Assembly (NCBI GenBank): GCA_963806355.1
Contig: CAWDXN010000006.1
Coordinates: forward strand, 58,491-122,490
DNA: 64,000 nt
Source of the DNA: Methanomassiliicoccaceae archaeon
GTDB taxonomy: Archaea; Thermoplasmatota; Thermoplasmata; Methanomassiliicoccales; UBA472
Direction: 5' to 3'
Below, one piece after another: positions 45,568 through 55,338 of the stretch. The notes under the pieces are model-generated. The model did not search any database. It saw nothing but the letters and a program-made list of their open reading frames with translations, and had not been told where the DNA came from. The translations under genes were made by a program, and so were the position numbers. Within the stretch, counting starts at the first letter, position 1. Each line of letters begins with the position of its first letter.

Positions 45568-46384
45568 TCATAATCGAAGGAATGATTTTGCCTCGGCATA
45601 CATGCGGTCCGCGACCTCTGTGGATACCCACCCATCTTCGAGCTCGATCAGTTCCAACTCGAACTCCTTGGCGTACTCTTCGCACTTCTCTTGGAAGTGT
45701 TCCTGGTCTCCCAGATTGGTCTGGATCTTCAAGCACTGCTTGTACCCGGCCATGTCGAGCATGAGCTTCATGAACTCCTTACGGCTCATGTCTATTCTCT
45801 CGAGGCCTTTGAACAGCTCGGTATGGTTGAAGAACTCGTTCCAGCTGCATGCGACGGCGGGTGTGAGGTACATGACCCCGGTATACTCCTTCATTAGATT
45901 CAGGTAACTTTCGCTACTGCCCAGTGGCACGCATATGCAGTCGTCGCACAGCTTACCTTCCTTATCGGTGAATAGAGTCATAGGTATCGGCAGGTTCTCT
46001 CTGCCCCATTCCCGGATCCCTTCGAGCCCATTTCCACAAAGCCCATAATAGAGCGCGATACCGTCGGCATGACCGGGGACCATTAGCATGAGCCTACGGA
46101 TCTCCCTGGCGAGGTCCTTGGGCTCAGAGTGCAGGCCGAGGTTCATCATCCAGATGATGATGTTGTACCCTTCTCTCGGCACATCCGCATTCTCGTTGAA
46201 GAAATCATCCTCGGAGATTTGCGACGAATTCGATGCTCTTCGTCTTAAGCTTGGGGATGAGGGTCTCAGTGTTCTTGTTCGTCAGGAGGAATATCCTTTT
46301 CTCGTCTGGATCGGTGGTCAGATTGTGTAACATCTCATCCTCGAGCAGGGGACAGGCCATCATCATGAGCCTACCGAATTCCAT
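45568..46384 (-). CDS. DUF1638 domain protein (frameshifted)
   Basis: Start MEFGRLMMMACPLLEDE; LGLHSEP, YYGLCGN, DDCICVPLG, YLTP. Confidence 0.85.
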
Positions 46385-46671
46385 TCTTTCCTTCCAACCC
46401 CATATAACTCGCTCCTCTTGTTAGCCAGAGACGCTCCTGTCATATAAGGAAGGCCCCCCTAAATGTATTGGTAAGCAATAACCAAACTCTGAAAATGGTC
46501 ACAAGTTTATCTGGCTGTGTTCGATACCGCGCACATTGATATGCTATGCGTCCCTTGTAACGAAGACGCTCGGTATGGAACCCGGTCAGTTACAATGAAG
46601 GTCCTGACCAGTATCGGGTCCGAGTTCCTGGACGCACCATTTCCTTCTAGCTCGATCGACCAACCTTTTAT

Positions 46672-47642
46672 TCATACCTTGATGACCACATTCCCTTTCT
46701 TATGTCCCTGGTCCACATATCGGTGGGCTTCGACGATCTGCTCCAGAGGATACGTCCTGTCGATGACCGGTTTGATCATCTTCCTCCCTCGGCGAGATCC
46801 TTCAGGAAGGCTAGGTCCTTTGCACCTGGCTCCATCGTTCCGCCCACCATCCTATTGCCCGTGGTCATCGTCGCCCAACGCATGCGCAGGTTCGCTCCCT
46901 GGTGGGGCAAGCACCTGTAGATAGTAGCCCCCCTTCTTCAACGACCTCATACTGGCTGAGAGGGGGCTCTTGCCAACAGCATCGAGCACCACATCGTATA
47001 TTCCGCCCTCCTTGGAGAAGTCCTCCTTGGTGTAATCGATGACCCTGTCTGCTCCCAGAGACCGTACCAGGTCCAGGTTGACGGTGCTGCACACCCCTGT
47101 CACCTCCGCCCCGAGGTGCTTGGCCAGCTGCACGGCGTAGGTCCCGATGCTCCCCGATGCGCCATAGACCAATACCTTCTGCCCTCTCCCACTTTCCCTT
47201 CCCTGAGAAAATGCAATGCCGTCAGTCCGCCCATCGGTATGGCGGCAGCCTCCTCGAAACTTAAGTTGACTGGTTTCCGAGAGATGATGCCGCCCTCGGG
47301 CACACATCTATATTCGGCGTAGCATCCCAGGTCATGGCCGGTGAGGGCAAAGACTTGGTCCCCTACCTTGAAATTTTGACATCCTTCCCGACATCCTCGA
47401 CCACACCTGCCAGCTCCGTGCCTAGCACGGGTTTCTTCGGTTTGGTGACGCCGAGGGCCAATCGAGCCGGGACCCAGTAGGACAGAGGGACCCGGAAGCC
47501 TCGGACCCGTGTATCCGCCTGTGTCGACCGTCGTCGCTTTGATCCTGACCAAGACCTCGTTATTCTTGGGAACAGGTTTTTCAATCTCCTGGATCTGAAG
47601 AACGTCTGGAGGCCCATATTTTGTGCATACTATTGCTTTCAT
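46672..47642 (-). CDS. NAD(P)-dependent MDR oxidoreductase, copy 1 (frameshifted)
   Basis: [55 protein letters not shown]. Confidence 0.88.
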
Positions 47643-47707
47643 TGATTCTCTCCTCTTCAATCGTATCCATATGGTTGATATTATTGCTATCTCGAAGGGT
47701 GAAATGA
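47577..47707. repeat. Diverged direct repeat, copy 1 (MDR 5' end plus upstream region)
   Basis: Aligns with 50363-50497 (GATCTGAAG...GGAGGCC(C)ATATTTTGTGCATAC...GCTTTCAT...ATCCATAT...TATTATTGCT). Confidence 0.75.
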
Positions 47708-47856
47708 AAAAAGATGGGAGGGTTTTCAGTCTTGGAACGATTTCGGCCGGCATCGAACCTCAATCCAGCGAATGGTGGCAGAGAACCACGTCGGGTCCAC
47801 GATACTGATCCGAGTGCTGTATTATTAATGGCATGATCGGCCGATCCCTCCTTATC

Positions 47857-48561
47857 CTAACCTCCCGCGGCGTTGGTCGGCGTGCTGAAACCCTTGACGA
47901 TCAACCATGTGGCGAACACCATCTCCTGCACGGCGATGGGGGCAGCCAAGAGGGCGGTGGCGTCGAACGAGTTCGTGTCGGCGCCGAACAGCCCCATCGT
48001 TCCATAGATGAGGATGCAGACTCCACCAATGAGGCCCCATGCCGATAGCCATCGTGGAACGAGCCTCGAAACAAATAGGATGTAGTTGAGCGTCAAACCA
48101 CCCAAGCCCAGGAATATCATGGTCCCGAACAAAAAGGACCATTCGCGCAACGCCATCAACAATGCCCCGATGGGTTCGGAGGTGGACCCGTCCAGTTCTC
48201 CGGACGCATAGTCCTGGCCCATGGTAAGCATCAACAGGAGGCAGACCGTGCCTACAATGATGAAGATCGCCTCCACGAGCCTAAACCCGGCATATGCCAT
48301 CCCGAGACCCTCGACATGTTTCCTGAGGACCGGGAACATCAATGCCCCAATGCCGACCAACGATGTGGCCAGGATGGTCTCGAAGATCGATGCCATGATG
48401 ATGTTATTCTCATTTTCGGGCAGCTTTAGGAGATAATCGGGACCATCGAGGGCAGAGCCTAAAAAGGTCCCGCTGGCCAATGCGGTAACGGTGGCGATGA
48501 TGAACAACGCCCCAACGATCGTCGCGGTCTTTCGGTAGTAACTTTCTGTCATTTCCATCAC
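47857..48561 (-). CDS. DUF4386 family membrane protein
   Basis: KTATIVGALFIIAT, FRLVEA, SRLVPRWLSAWG, EMVFATWLIVKGF. Confidence 0.85.
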   Translation of the reverse strand: MMEMTESYYRKTATIVGALFIIATVTALASGTFLGSALDGPDYLLKLPENENNIIMASIFETILATSLVGIGALMFPVLRKHVEGLGMAYAGFRLVEAIFIIVGTVCLLLMLTMGQDYASGELDGSTSEPIGALLMALREWSFLFGTMIFLGLGGLTLNYILFVSRLVPRWLSAWGLIGGVCILIYGTMGLFGADTNSFDATALLAAPIAVQEMVFATWLIVKGFSTPTNAAGG

Positions 48562-48614
48562 TCAACTTTTAATTCTTAAAAAAACAGAACGATTGAAAAA
48601 TACTTGGAATTTGA

Positions 48615-48640
48615 GCCATACATACATGGCACTTTATATA
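48615..48640 (+). promoter_or_regulatory. Putative operator plus TATA box of Bat-type regulator 1
   Basis: Palindrome GCCAT-ACATAC-ATGGC followed by TTTATATA. Confidence 0.55.
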
Positions 48641-48663
48641 TTATCGATAGCGATTGTGGTGAC

Positions 48664-49326
48664 ATGCAGATGCGGAAGGTGATAATCGAGATTGAACCCT
48701 ACGAGGCGGTGAGGGAAGCCCAGAGACCGATGTTCACCCACATCCACTCCTACGAGGTCCTAGAGGTCCTGAAGCTGGACCATGTGAAGGGCCTCTATGT
48801 CGATCTCATCGAATGTCGTCTGAAGGAGAACGTATCGATCGAGGAGCTGTCTTCCATCGGCAACTTGGAAATCCTCAGTGTGGTCAGGTCGGAAGGCGAC
48901 AGACATATCTGCCTGGTATTGGGACACGAAACGGAGGAGACCGCGAACAGGTTCGTGGGCTCGGAACTGAACCTCATCTTCACCGCCCCCAGCCTGATAT
49001 CCGAGGACAGGGTCATCGTCAGCTTCATCAGCGGACAGAAGGAAATGATGAGATTCGTTGAGCTGGTAAAGGAGCACATCGGCAAGGTCGTCAACATCAC
49101 CTTCAAGCAGTCGACCTATGAGAAGAAGGACCTCCTATCCATTCTGACGGACAAACAGAGGGAGACCATAGCCGCCGCCTACCGATATGGCTACTATGAC
49201 ATCCCCAAGAGGATAAGTAGCGAACAACTGTCAGAGAAGGTGAACATCAGCAAGCCAACTCTTTTGGAGCACCTGAGAAAGGCGGAGAGGAGGATATTGA
49301 CCGAGATCTTGGCCGGCTCTCCGTAA
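48664..49326 (+). CDS. Bat-like (HTH_10) transcriptional regulator, copy 1
   Basis: GGTGA RBS; LTDKQRETIAAAYRYGYYDIPKRIS...HLRKAE. Confidence 0.9.
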   Translation: MQMRKVIIEIEPYEAVREAQRPMFTHIHSYEVLEVLKLDHVKGLYVDLIECRLKENVSIEELSSIGNLEILSVVRSEGDRHICLVLGHETEETANRFVGSELNLIFTAPSLISEDRVIVSFISGQKEMMRFVELVKEHIGKVVNITFKQSTYEKKDLLSILTDKQRETIAAAYRYGYYDIPKRISSEQLSEKVNISKPTLLEHLRKAERRILTEILAGSP

Positions 49327-49402
49327 CTGAACAAGTGAATGCTGCAATTTTAGTCGGTAATCCAAGGCAACGGATGTGGGAAGTCCAAGAGGACATGGCA
49401 TT

Positions 49403-50427
49403 TCATATGACCGTAATCACGATCTTTCCTTTGACGTTGCCTTCCGCATAATAACGGAACGCCTCGGCGACCTCGCTGAGAGGGTATCGCCTGTCGATGA
49501 CGGGTAGGACCTTTCCAGCCTCGACCATGTCGCTGATGAGGACAAGGTCCTGAGGGTCCGGCCTGTACAAAAGCAATCTGACCTTACGGCTCCCGATGGC
49601 CCATGAACCTAAGAGAAGGGAGGAGAGGATCGCGCTCCCGGAACCCCCGACGAGGACGCAGATGCCATGGGGGGACAATGCGCGTTTGTAGTCGAAGACC
49701 GTGCGATGGGACACGACATCGACGATCAGGTCATATTCCTTCCCATTTCGGGTGAAGTCCTCCTTGGAACAATCGACGACATGGTCCGCGCCTATCGAAA
49801 GAAGCATGTCCAGTTTCTCTGCCTTGTCCACGCCCGTGACCTCGGCCCCGAACGATTTCGCCAGCTGCACCGCGAACGTGCCTACGCCTCCCCCTGCGCC
49901 GTTTATCAGGACCTGTTGTCCAGACCGGACCTTGCCCTTGTCCCGAAGGCCCTGAAGGGCGAGGGATGCCGCCTGAGGGATCGTCGCCGCCTGCTCGAAG
50001 GACAGGCTGGACCGCTTCAACGATAACGATGTTTCCCTGGCGCGGACGAACTCCGCGAAACCACCCCAGCCGTCCTGAGAGACGTCCCCGAACACCTCGT
50101 CACCTGGACGGAAGCGGGTGACTTTACTGCCCACCTCCTCGACCGTACCTGCCACATCGCATCCGAGGACCTTGTGCGGGGGTTTCAACCGACCGCCCAG
50201 ATTGAGGCTTGCCTTACCCTCAAGGAGCTCCCGGTCCCATGAATTGATAGATGCGGCATGGACCTTGACCAAGACCTCATCGTCCTTCGGGGTCGGCCGC
50301 TCCAGGTCCCGCAGACGGAGGACGTCTGGAGGCCCATATCCTGTCCAAACCACAATGGATCAGGTTTCTCAATATCCTTGATCTGAAGTAGTCGGAGGCC
50401 ATATTTTGTGCATACGATCGCTTTCAT
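49403..50427 (-). CDS. NAD(P)-dependent MDR oxidoreductase, copy 2, with doubled out-of-frame N-terminus
   Basis: YGPPDVL, INGAGGGVG, PVIDRRYPLSEV, GKIVI; preceded by an [10 protein letters not shown] fragment. Confidence 0.85.
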
Positions 50428-50497
50428 CAATTTTTTCCTTCTTCGATCACATCCATATTATCGCTATTATTGCTTTCCATTGAATGTTGAGATGAAG
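50363..50497. repeat. Diverged direct repeat, copy 2
   Basis: Aligns with 47577-47707. Confidence 0.75.
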
Positions 50498-50854
50498 TCA
50501 CTTCCACTCAATTATCTCGGGAACCATTCGAGCAGGAGATGATCGTGGCAGTTCGGAATGAGCGTCTCGACAACGGCATGAGGATACGGTTCTAATAAGC
50601 GACTCCGGAATCGCTGGTCAAAGCAATTATCGACAACTCTGGAAGAAAAGTAGGTCCCATAGAGGTCAATTTCGGATCTATCAATAACGCAGCGGACGAT
50701 ATTACCACAAGATGTCAACAGGTCGGTCGAAAATATGAGGTCCGAGTTAAGTACAATCAATTTAATCTGGTACAGCTGGCCATGAGAAAGGAATTTTGGT
50801 CTGATGAGTTATGTAACAGGCTCAAAAATGATTTCGTCCAGCATGATTTCCTCG

Positions 50855-51838
50855 TCATATTTCGTCATTATGATCGACCGTAATCACCACTTTCCCTTTT
50901 ACGAGCCCTTTTGAAAGATCCCTGAGAGCCTCTGGAACCTCGCTGAGGAGGCATCGCCTGTCTATGACCGGCAAGAGGTCCCCCTTCTCATGGAGTTCGA
51001 GCAAGAAGCGCAGGTCCTCCTCGTTGTTCACATTCATCGGGTTGATGCCCATCTTCTTCTTGCTGGCAAAGGAGACCAGAGGCCCCAGGAGCATCGCCTG
51101 GAATATGGCGTATCTTGAGCCTCCTACCAGCACGAAAAGGCCATCGGGGGCCATGACGCGCCTGTAATCGAAGATCGACCGGCGTGCGACCGTATCCAGG
51201 ATGAGGTCGTAGCGCTCCACGCTCTTTGTGCAATCCTCCTGGGTGTAATCGATGACGTGGTCGGCCCCGATGGCGCGGAGCATCTCAAGCTTATTTTTGC
51301 TGTCCACGCCGGTAACCTCGGCCCCATAGTACTTCGCGATCTGCACAGCGAACGTGCCCATGCCGCCGCCGGCGCCGTTGATCAGGACCTTCTGCCCTTT
51401 CCTGAGGGGACGCTTGCCGCGAAGGCCTTGAAGGGCGATCTTGGCTGCCTGGGGTAGGGTGGCGGCATCCTCAAAGGATATGCTGTCCGGTTTCAGCATC
51501 AATGCATCTTCAGGTGCTGCCACATACTCCGCAAAAGCGCCATGGCCGCACGTGAACAGGTCCCCGAAGACCGGATCGCCTTCCTTCCACCGCTTGGTGT
51601 TCCTCCCGACTTCCACTACCCGACCCGCTACGTCCGACCCGGGTATCCTGTTCCTTGGCCTGAAGGGGCCGGCGATGCGGGCCGAGACCGCGCCGCCCAG
51701 GATCTCGAGGTCGGCCGCATTCAACGAGGAAGCGTGGACCTTCACCAGTACCTGGTCGTCCCGGGGGGTCGGTCTCTCCACCTCCTCGAGTCGGAGGACG
51801 TCCGGAGGGCCGTATCTGTCGCATACTATGGCTTTCAT
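50855..51838 (-). CDS. NAD(P)-dependent MDR oxidoreductase, copy 3 (intact)
   Basis: MKAIVCDRYGPPDVL, INGAGGGMG, GADHVIDY, KGKVVI. Confidence 0.93.
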   Translation of the reverse strand: MKAIVCDRYGPPDVLRLEEVERPTPRDDQVLVKVHASSLNAADLEILGGAVSARIAGPFRPRNRIPGSDVAGRVVEVGRNTKRWKEGDPVFGDLFTCGHGAFAEYVAAPEDALMLKPDSISFEDAATLPQAAKIALQGLRGKRPLRKGQKVLINGAGGGMGTFAVQIAKYYGAEVTGVDSKNKLEMLRAIGADHVIDYTQEDCTKSVERYDLILDTVARRSIFDYRRVMAPDGLFVLVGGSRYAIFQAMLLGPLVSFASKKKMGINPMNVNNEEDLRFLLELHEKGDLLPVIDRRCLLSEVPEALRDLSKGLVKGKVVITVDHNDEI

Positions 51839-51852
51839 GGTGCGATGGCTTC

Positions 51853-52086
51853 TCAGGCATTGTCATCACCAACCACGGTTATAACCACATTCCCTCCCTT
51901 GGGTCCCGTATCGACGTACCAGTGGGCTTTCACCCCCTCCTCCGACGGATATGTCCATCGTCGAGGCGTGAACTGGGACCGGCATCTCGTTGTCCCGGGG
52001 CGTGGACTTTTCCACCTCCCCGGGGCCTCAGAACCTCTGGCGGTCCGCTTCCGGTTACCACATATGGCCTTCATTTTATCACCCAC
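51853..52086 (-). pseudogene. Internally deleted MDR oxidoreductase remnant
   Basis: MKAI... N-terminus joined to the C-terminus AHWYVDTGPKGGNVVITV within about 230 bp. Confidence 0.7.
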
Positions 52087-52107
52087 ACTCTCACTTTCAC
52101 AATCCTC

Positions 52108-52614
52108 TTATTTCAGTCCCCGACCGCAATGTGCCTTGGGACCCTGGGCCACTTCCACGCGATCCATACGATCAGGGAGAGAAGGACGGCTTCCACGACG
52201 GAACCGAATATGTAATAGGCATTGATCTCTCCCATGGCGGTCCCGAACGCGAGGATAGATGTGGAACGCACCCAGACCGATGTTCGCGTACCGATTCGCT
52301 TTGGCCGGCAATGCCAGGGACAGGTAGACCATGAGAGCGGGGATCGTCATCAACATCACGCTCAATAACATCCAGGTCTGCGTGATCTCAAAGACCCATA
52401 CCTTTCCCACCAGAATATCCTCGATCACTCCCGGTTGGTAGAATCCGATGATGTCCACGTAGATGTACATGAACATCACCGTCGCCCACAGTCCCGCCAA
52501 CTTGACCTGCGTGGGTATCCTCAACTCCTCAAGGACCGGTCCGGCCTTCCGGTCCTGGTCCTCCGATTTCTTCTTCACGCCCATGCCCGTTCCCATCGTC
52601 TGATCCTGTTCCAT
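52108..52614 (-). CDS. DUF6326-like membrane protein (frameshift in 3' half)
   Basis: KLAGLWATVMFMYIYVDIIGFYQPG, IPALMVYLSLAL..KANRYANI. Confidence 0.75.
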   Translation of the reverse strand: MEQDQTMGTGMGVKKKSEDQDRKAGPVLEELRIPTQVKLAGLWATVMFMYIYVDIIGFYQPGVIEDILVGKVWVFEITQTWMLLSVMLMTIPALMVYLSLALPAKANRYANIGLGAFHIYPRVRDRHGRDQCLLHIRFRRGSRPSLPDRMDRVEVAQGPKAHCGRGLK

Positions 52615-52675
52615 TGTTGATCACCCGGCGATTTTCGCCAAATGTGGCATGGTCGAGAAAGTACTAGCAAATTGG

Positions 52676-52701
52676 GCCATACATGTATTATAGTTTAAAT
52701 A
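52676..52701 (+). promoter_or_regulatory. Putative operator plus TATA box of Bat-type regulator 2
   Basis: GCCATACATGTAT followed by TTTAAATA at the same 18-nt offset as at 48615. Confidence 0.55.
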
Positions 52702-52730
52702 TTGGAGTGCATATTTAGAGAAACAGTGCC

Positions 52731-53400
52731 ATGAGAACGCTCACCCTGGAGATCGAGCCTTTCGAGACCGTGAAGGAGGAAATGGCCGAGACCTTCGCCC
52801 ATGTCCGTTCCTATTCGATACTCGAGACCCTGAAGATGGACTACCAAGAAGGCATATGCATTGAGATCTTGGAGTTCACCCTGAAAGAGGGTGCGTCGAT
52901 CCATGATATCAGGACAGTAGGCAACATGGAGATCCTGAGCGTTCTGAAGTCCATTGACAACAAGCACACCTGCCTCATCAGATACACGGAACCGGAAGAG
53001 ACCAAAGAAGCAGTTCCAGGAATCCGACCTGGGTCTGGTCCACACAATACCCACGATCATCTCACCGGAGAAATTCACCATCAGCATGATGGGAGAGCAG
53101 AAGAACCTGTCGGATTTTGTTGAGATGATGAGGACGAACGCCGGCACCATACGGAAGATGGCCTTCAGGAGGGCCGCCTACCAGAAGGCTGACATCCTAG
53201 CTGTCCTGACCGAAAAACAGAGGGAAGTGATGGTGGCGGCATTTCAGAACGGTTACTATGATTATCCCAAGAAGATCAGCAGCAAGCAGCTGTGCCAGAA
53301 GGTCAGCATCAGCAAACCCACCCTCCTGCAGCACATGAGGAAGGCCGAAGGGCGGATACTCAAGGAGATAATGACGGGGTACTTCCAACGCCCAGAGTGA
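52731..53400 (+). CDS. Bat-like (HTH_10) transcriptional regulator, copy 2 (frameshift near 53005)
   Basis: Paralog of 48664 (EIEPF/YE, GNM/LEILSV); LTEKQREVMVAAFQNGYYDYPKKIS...HMRKAE. Confidence 0.88.
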
Positions 53401-53447
53401 TTACGGGGTTGGCAGGACACGGAGGGACTCCAATATCGCCAGTTGTC

Positions 53448-54431
53448 TCATTTCATCATGTTCGGGGGGATGGTGATGGCGAATCTGCACCTCATATCCC
53501 CCGCCAGCACGCTCTCCAACATCACGATGTCCACAGGCTGATCGAAGATCGCCTCGAACGGAAGCTTGGTGAATCCTGCACTGCAGTGACAGAACATGGA
53601 TGGGACCTCGGGCCCACCATCTCGGATGCTGGTCCTTGCCAGCGGGCAATGGCAGGCGTGGTAACGCTTCATGCGGGGGTCACGCTCCTCAAAAAACCTC
53701 CTTGGGTCGAACGGGACCTTGGTGACATAGATCCGGTCTCCTTCCCTTCTCCCTATCGACAGCTCTTGATCTGCCCTGACATATTCCACGAACTCGGGGG
53801 TGATCTCCTGCTCGAACCATACCTTACCTTCGTTCATGAAACGGGTGATCTCTTCGATGAACCGCCGATGCTCATCCTTGAGGAACTCATCGATGTCCTT
53901 GGCCTGCTTGTACCGTTCCTTATGACCGTTGAAGGCCTGGATAGGGATCTGGTGGTAGTTCCATGTGAGCACCTCCCTGCACTCATCACCTGAGAGCTCC
54001 TCCTCCATGCGCTGCACGATCGTCCTGGCGAGATGCGGGTAATCCTCCTGCGGGGACCCCAATGGAGGCATCTCGATGCCATCGAACACCTTGCACCGAA
54101 CCTCCTCTCCCTTCAGATCACCTAACCTCATCCCGATGGCTGGCAATACCTCTACGGCGTTTACGAGTCCAGCGATGTGGATGTAATAATCGTTCTTCCG
54201 CACGAGGTAACAATACCGGGCGATCGCGACCAGTCTATCCTCTGAGTTCAGACCTTCTTTGATGAGCCATGATATGTACTCGGTCAACGAGCTCAGGTCG
54301 GCATTCATCAATTCGGTTTGGCTCTTGCTCAGGAAAGCCTCAAAATCAGCGACCGCACGGATACTGAGCTCAATTGTATCTGGAGCCATCTTCCGACTCT
54401 CTAGATAGTCGCGGAACTCTTTCTCTCGCAT
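53448..54431 (-). CDS. DUF6144/V4R-like Cys-rich protein with integrase SAM-like N-terminus
   Basis: C-term CHCP...FCHCSAGF...ESVLAGDMRCRF; N-term FRDYLESR...TI...VADFEAFL...YISWL. Confidence 0.65.
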   Translation of the reverse strand: MREKEFRDYLESRKMAPDTIELSIRAVADFEAFLSKSQTELMNADLSSLTEYISWLIKEGLNSEDRLVAIARYCYLVRKNDYYIHIAGLVNAVEVLPAIGMRLGDLKGEEVRCKVFDGIEMPPLGSPQEDYPHLARTIVQRMEEELSGDECREVLTWNYHQIPIQAFNGHKERYKQAKDIDEFLKDEHRRFIEEITRFMNEGKVWFEQEITPEFVEYVRADQELSIGRREGDRIYVTKVPFDPRRFFEERDPRMKRYHACHCPLARTSIRDGGPEVPSMFCHCSAGFTKLPFEAIFDQPVDIVMLESVLAGDMRCRFAITIPPNMMK

Positions 54432-54541
54432 GATGGGAGATTGATGTGTGAAGGACCTAATAATATTAGGTCGGAAGAGACCCTCCTCTTTACCTTGTTA
54501 ATCACAAATTTAAGGCCTATGAGGATCATGATCATGTTCGA

Positions 54542-54980
54542 TTAGTTAGTAACTTCGGTTCCTGAGGGTGTATCTACAGTGATGTCAAACGTTGTTGTTT
54601 CCCCCGGTGCCATTGTAATTTTCATTGAATTTCATATATACAATTCCTGAGGGTTCTCCAATATAATGACTTTTAACGTCCTTGTTAAGGTGTTATCTCC
54701 GATATTGGAATAAGTGATATGGAGGGTAACGTCACCGCTGATGGGGTCCTGTTCGTATGTCAATGACACATATTCGATGTTTATAGTTTCAAAAAGATGG
54801 TTATCATTAGTAAAACTTGAGTTAATAAACGAAAATAATGCAAGTGCCACGACGGCAATTGTCGTCACTACTGCAATAATTATTATGAATTTTTTCTGTT
54901 TTCGAATCGGGTATTCGGGAACAGGTTTTTTGATTGGTTCTTCAGGACGCAAGGGAGTATCCCTCTGGTAGGATATTCAT
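54542..54980 (-). CDS. AT-rich hypothetical membrane-anchored Ig-like protein (frameshifted or decaying)
   Basis: TM IIIIAVVTTIAVVALAL; beta-rich YSNIGD...; next frame MAPGETTTFDITV. Confidence 0.5.
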
Positions 54981-55064
54981 ATTTAATGTTAAATATTTAT
55001 TATTGAGGTTTGGTGAAAACCTCCAAAAATTGAATTAAAAAAGAGATGACTGGCTATGCAATGA

Positions 55065-55151
55065 TGGTGCGGGGGGAGGGATTTGAACCCACGAACCACT
55101 AAGGACGGGATCTTAAGTCCCGCGCCGTTGGCCAGGCTTGACTACCCCCGC
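55065..55151 (-). tRNA. tRNA-Leu(TAA), CCA encoded
   Basis: Reverse complement GCGGGGGTAGTCAAGCCTGGCCAACGGCGCGGGACTTAAGATCCCG...GGTTCAAATCCCTCCCCCCGCACCA; long variable arm, no intron. Confidence 0.97.
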
Positions 55152-55338
55152 ATGTCCCAGGCGATGAGGAAATAGCTTATAATATTTTGTTTGGTCCGGA
55201 CAATATCATGAGATTGTGGCAAATTCCTAAGTATCCTTCATTTTCGATCTAGATTTTTAATGACGACCGTCCACCTTAATTTTATAATTAGCACTGGCAT
55301 GTCTTTGGTCGACCGGTGTTGCATCGGGAGGGATACGG

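Noticed and set aside
50512-50760. 82-aa minus-strand ORF between MDR genes
   Set aside because: No RBS, motif or typical codon bias; likely spacer or decayed DNA.
53448-54431. Functional tyrosine integrase at the tRNA
   Set aside because: No catalytic R-H-x-x-R/Y domain; only an N-terminal resemblance.
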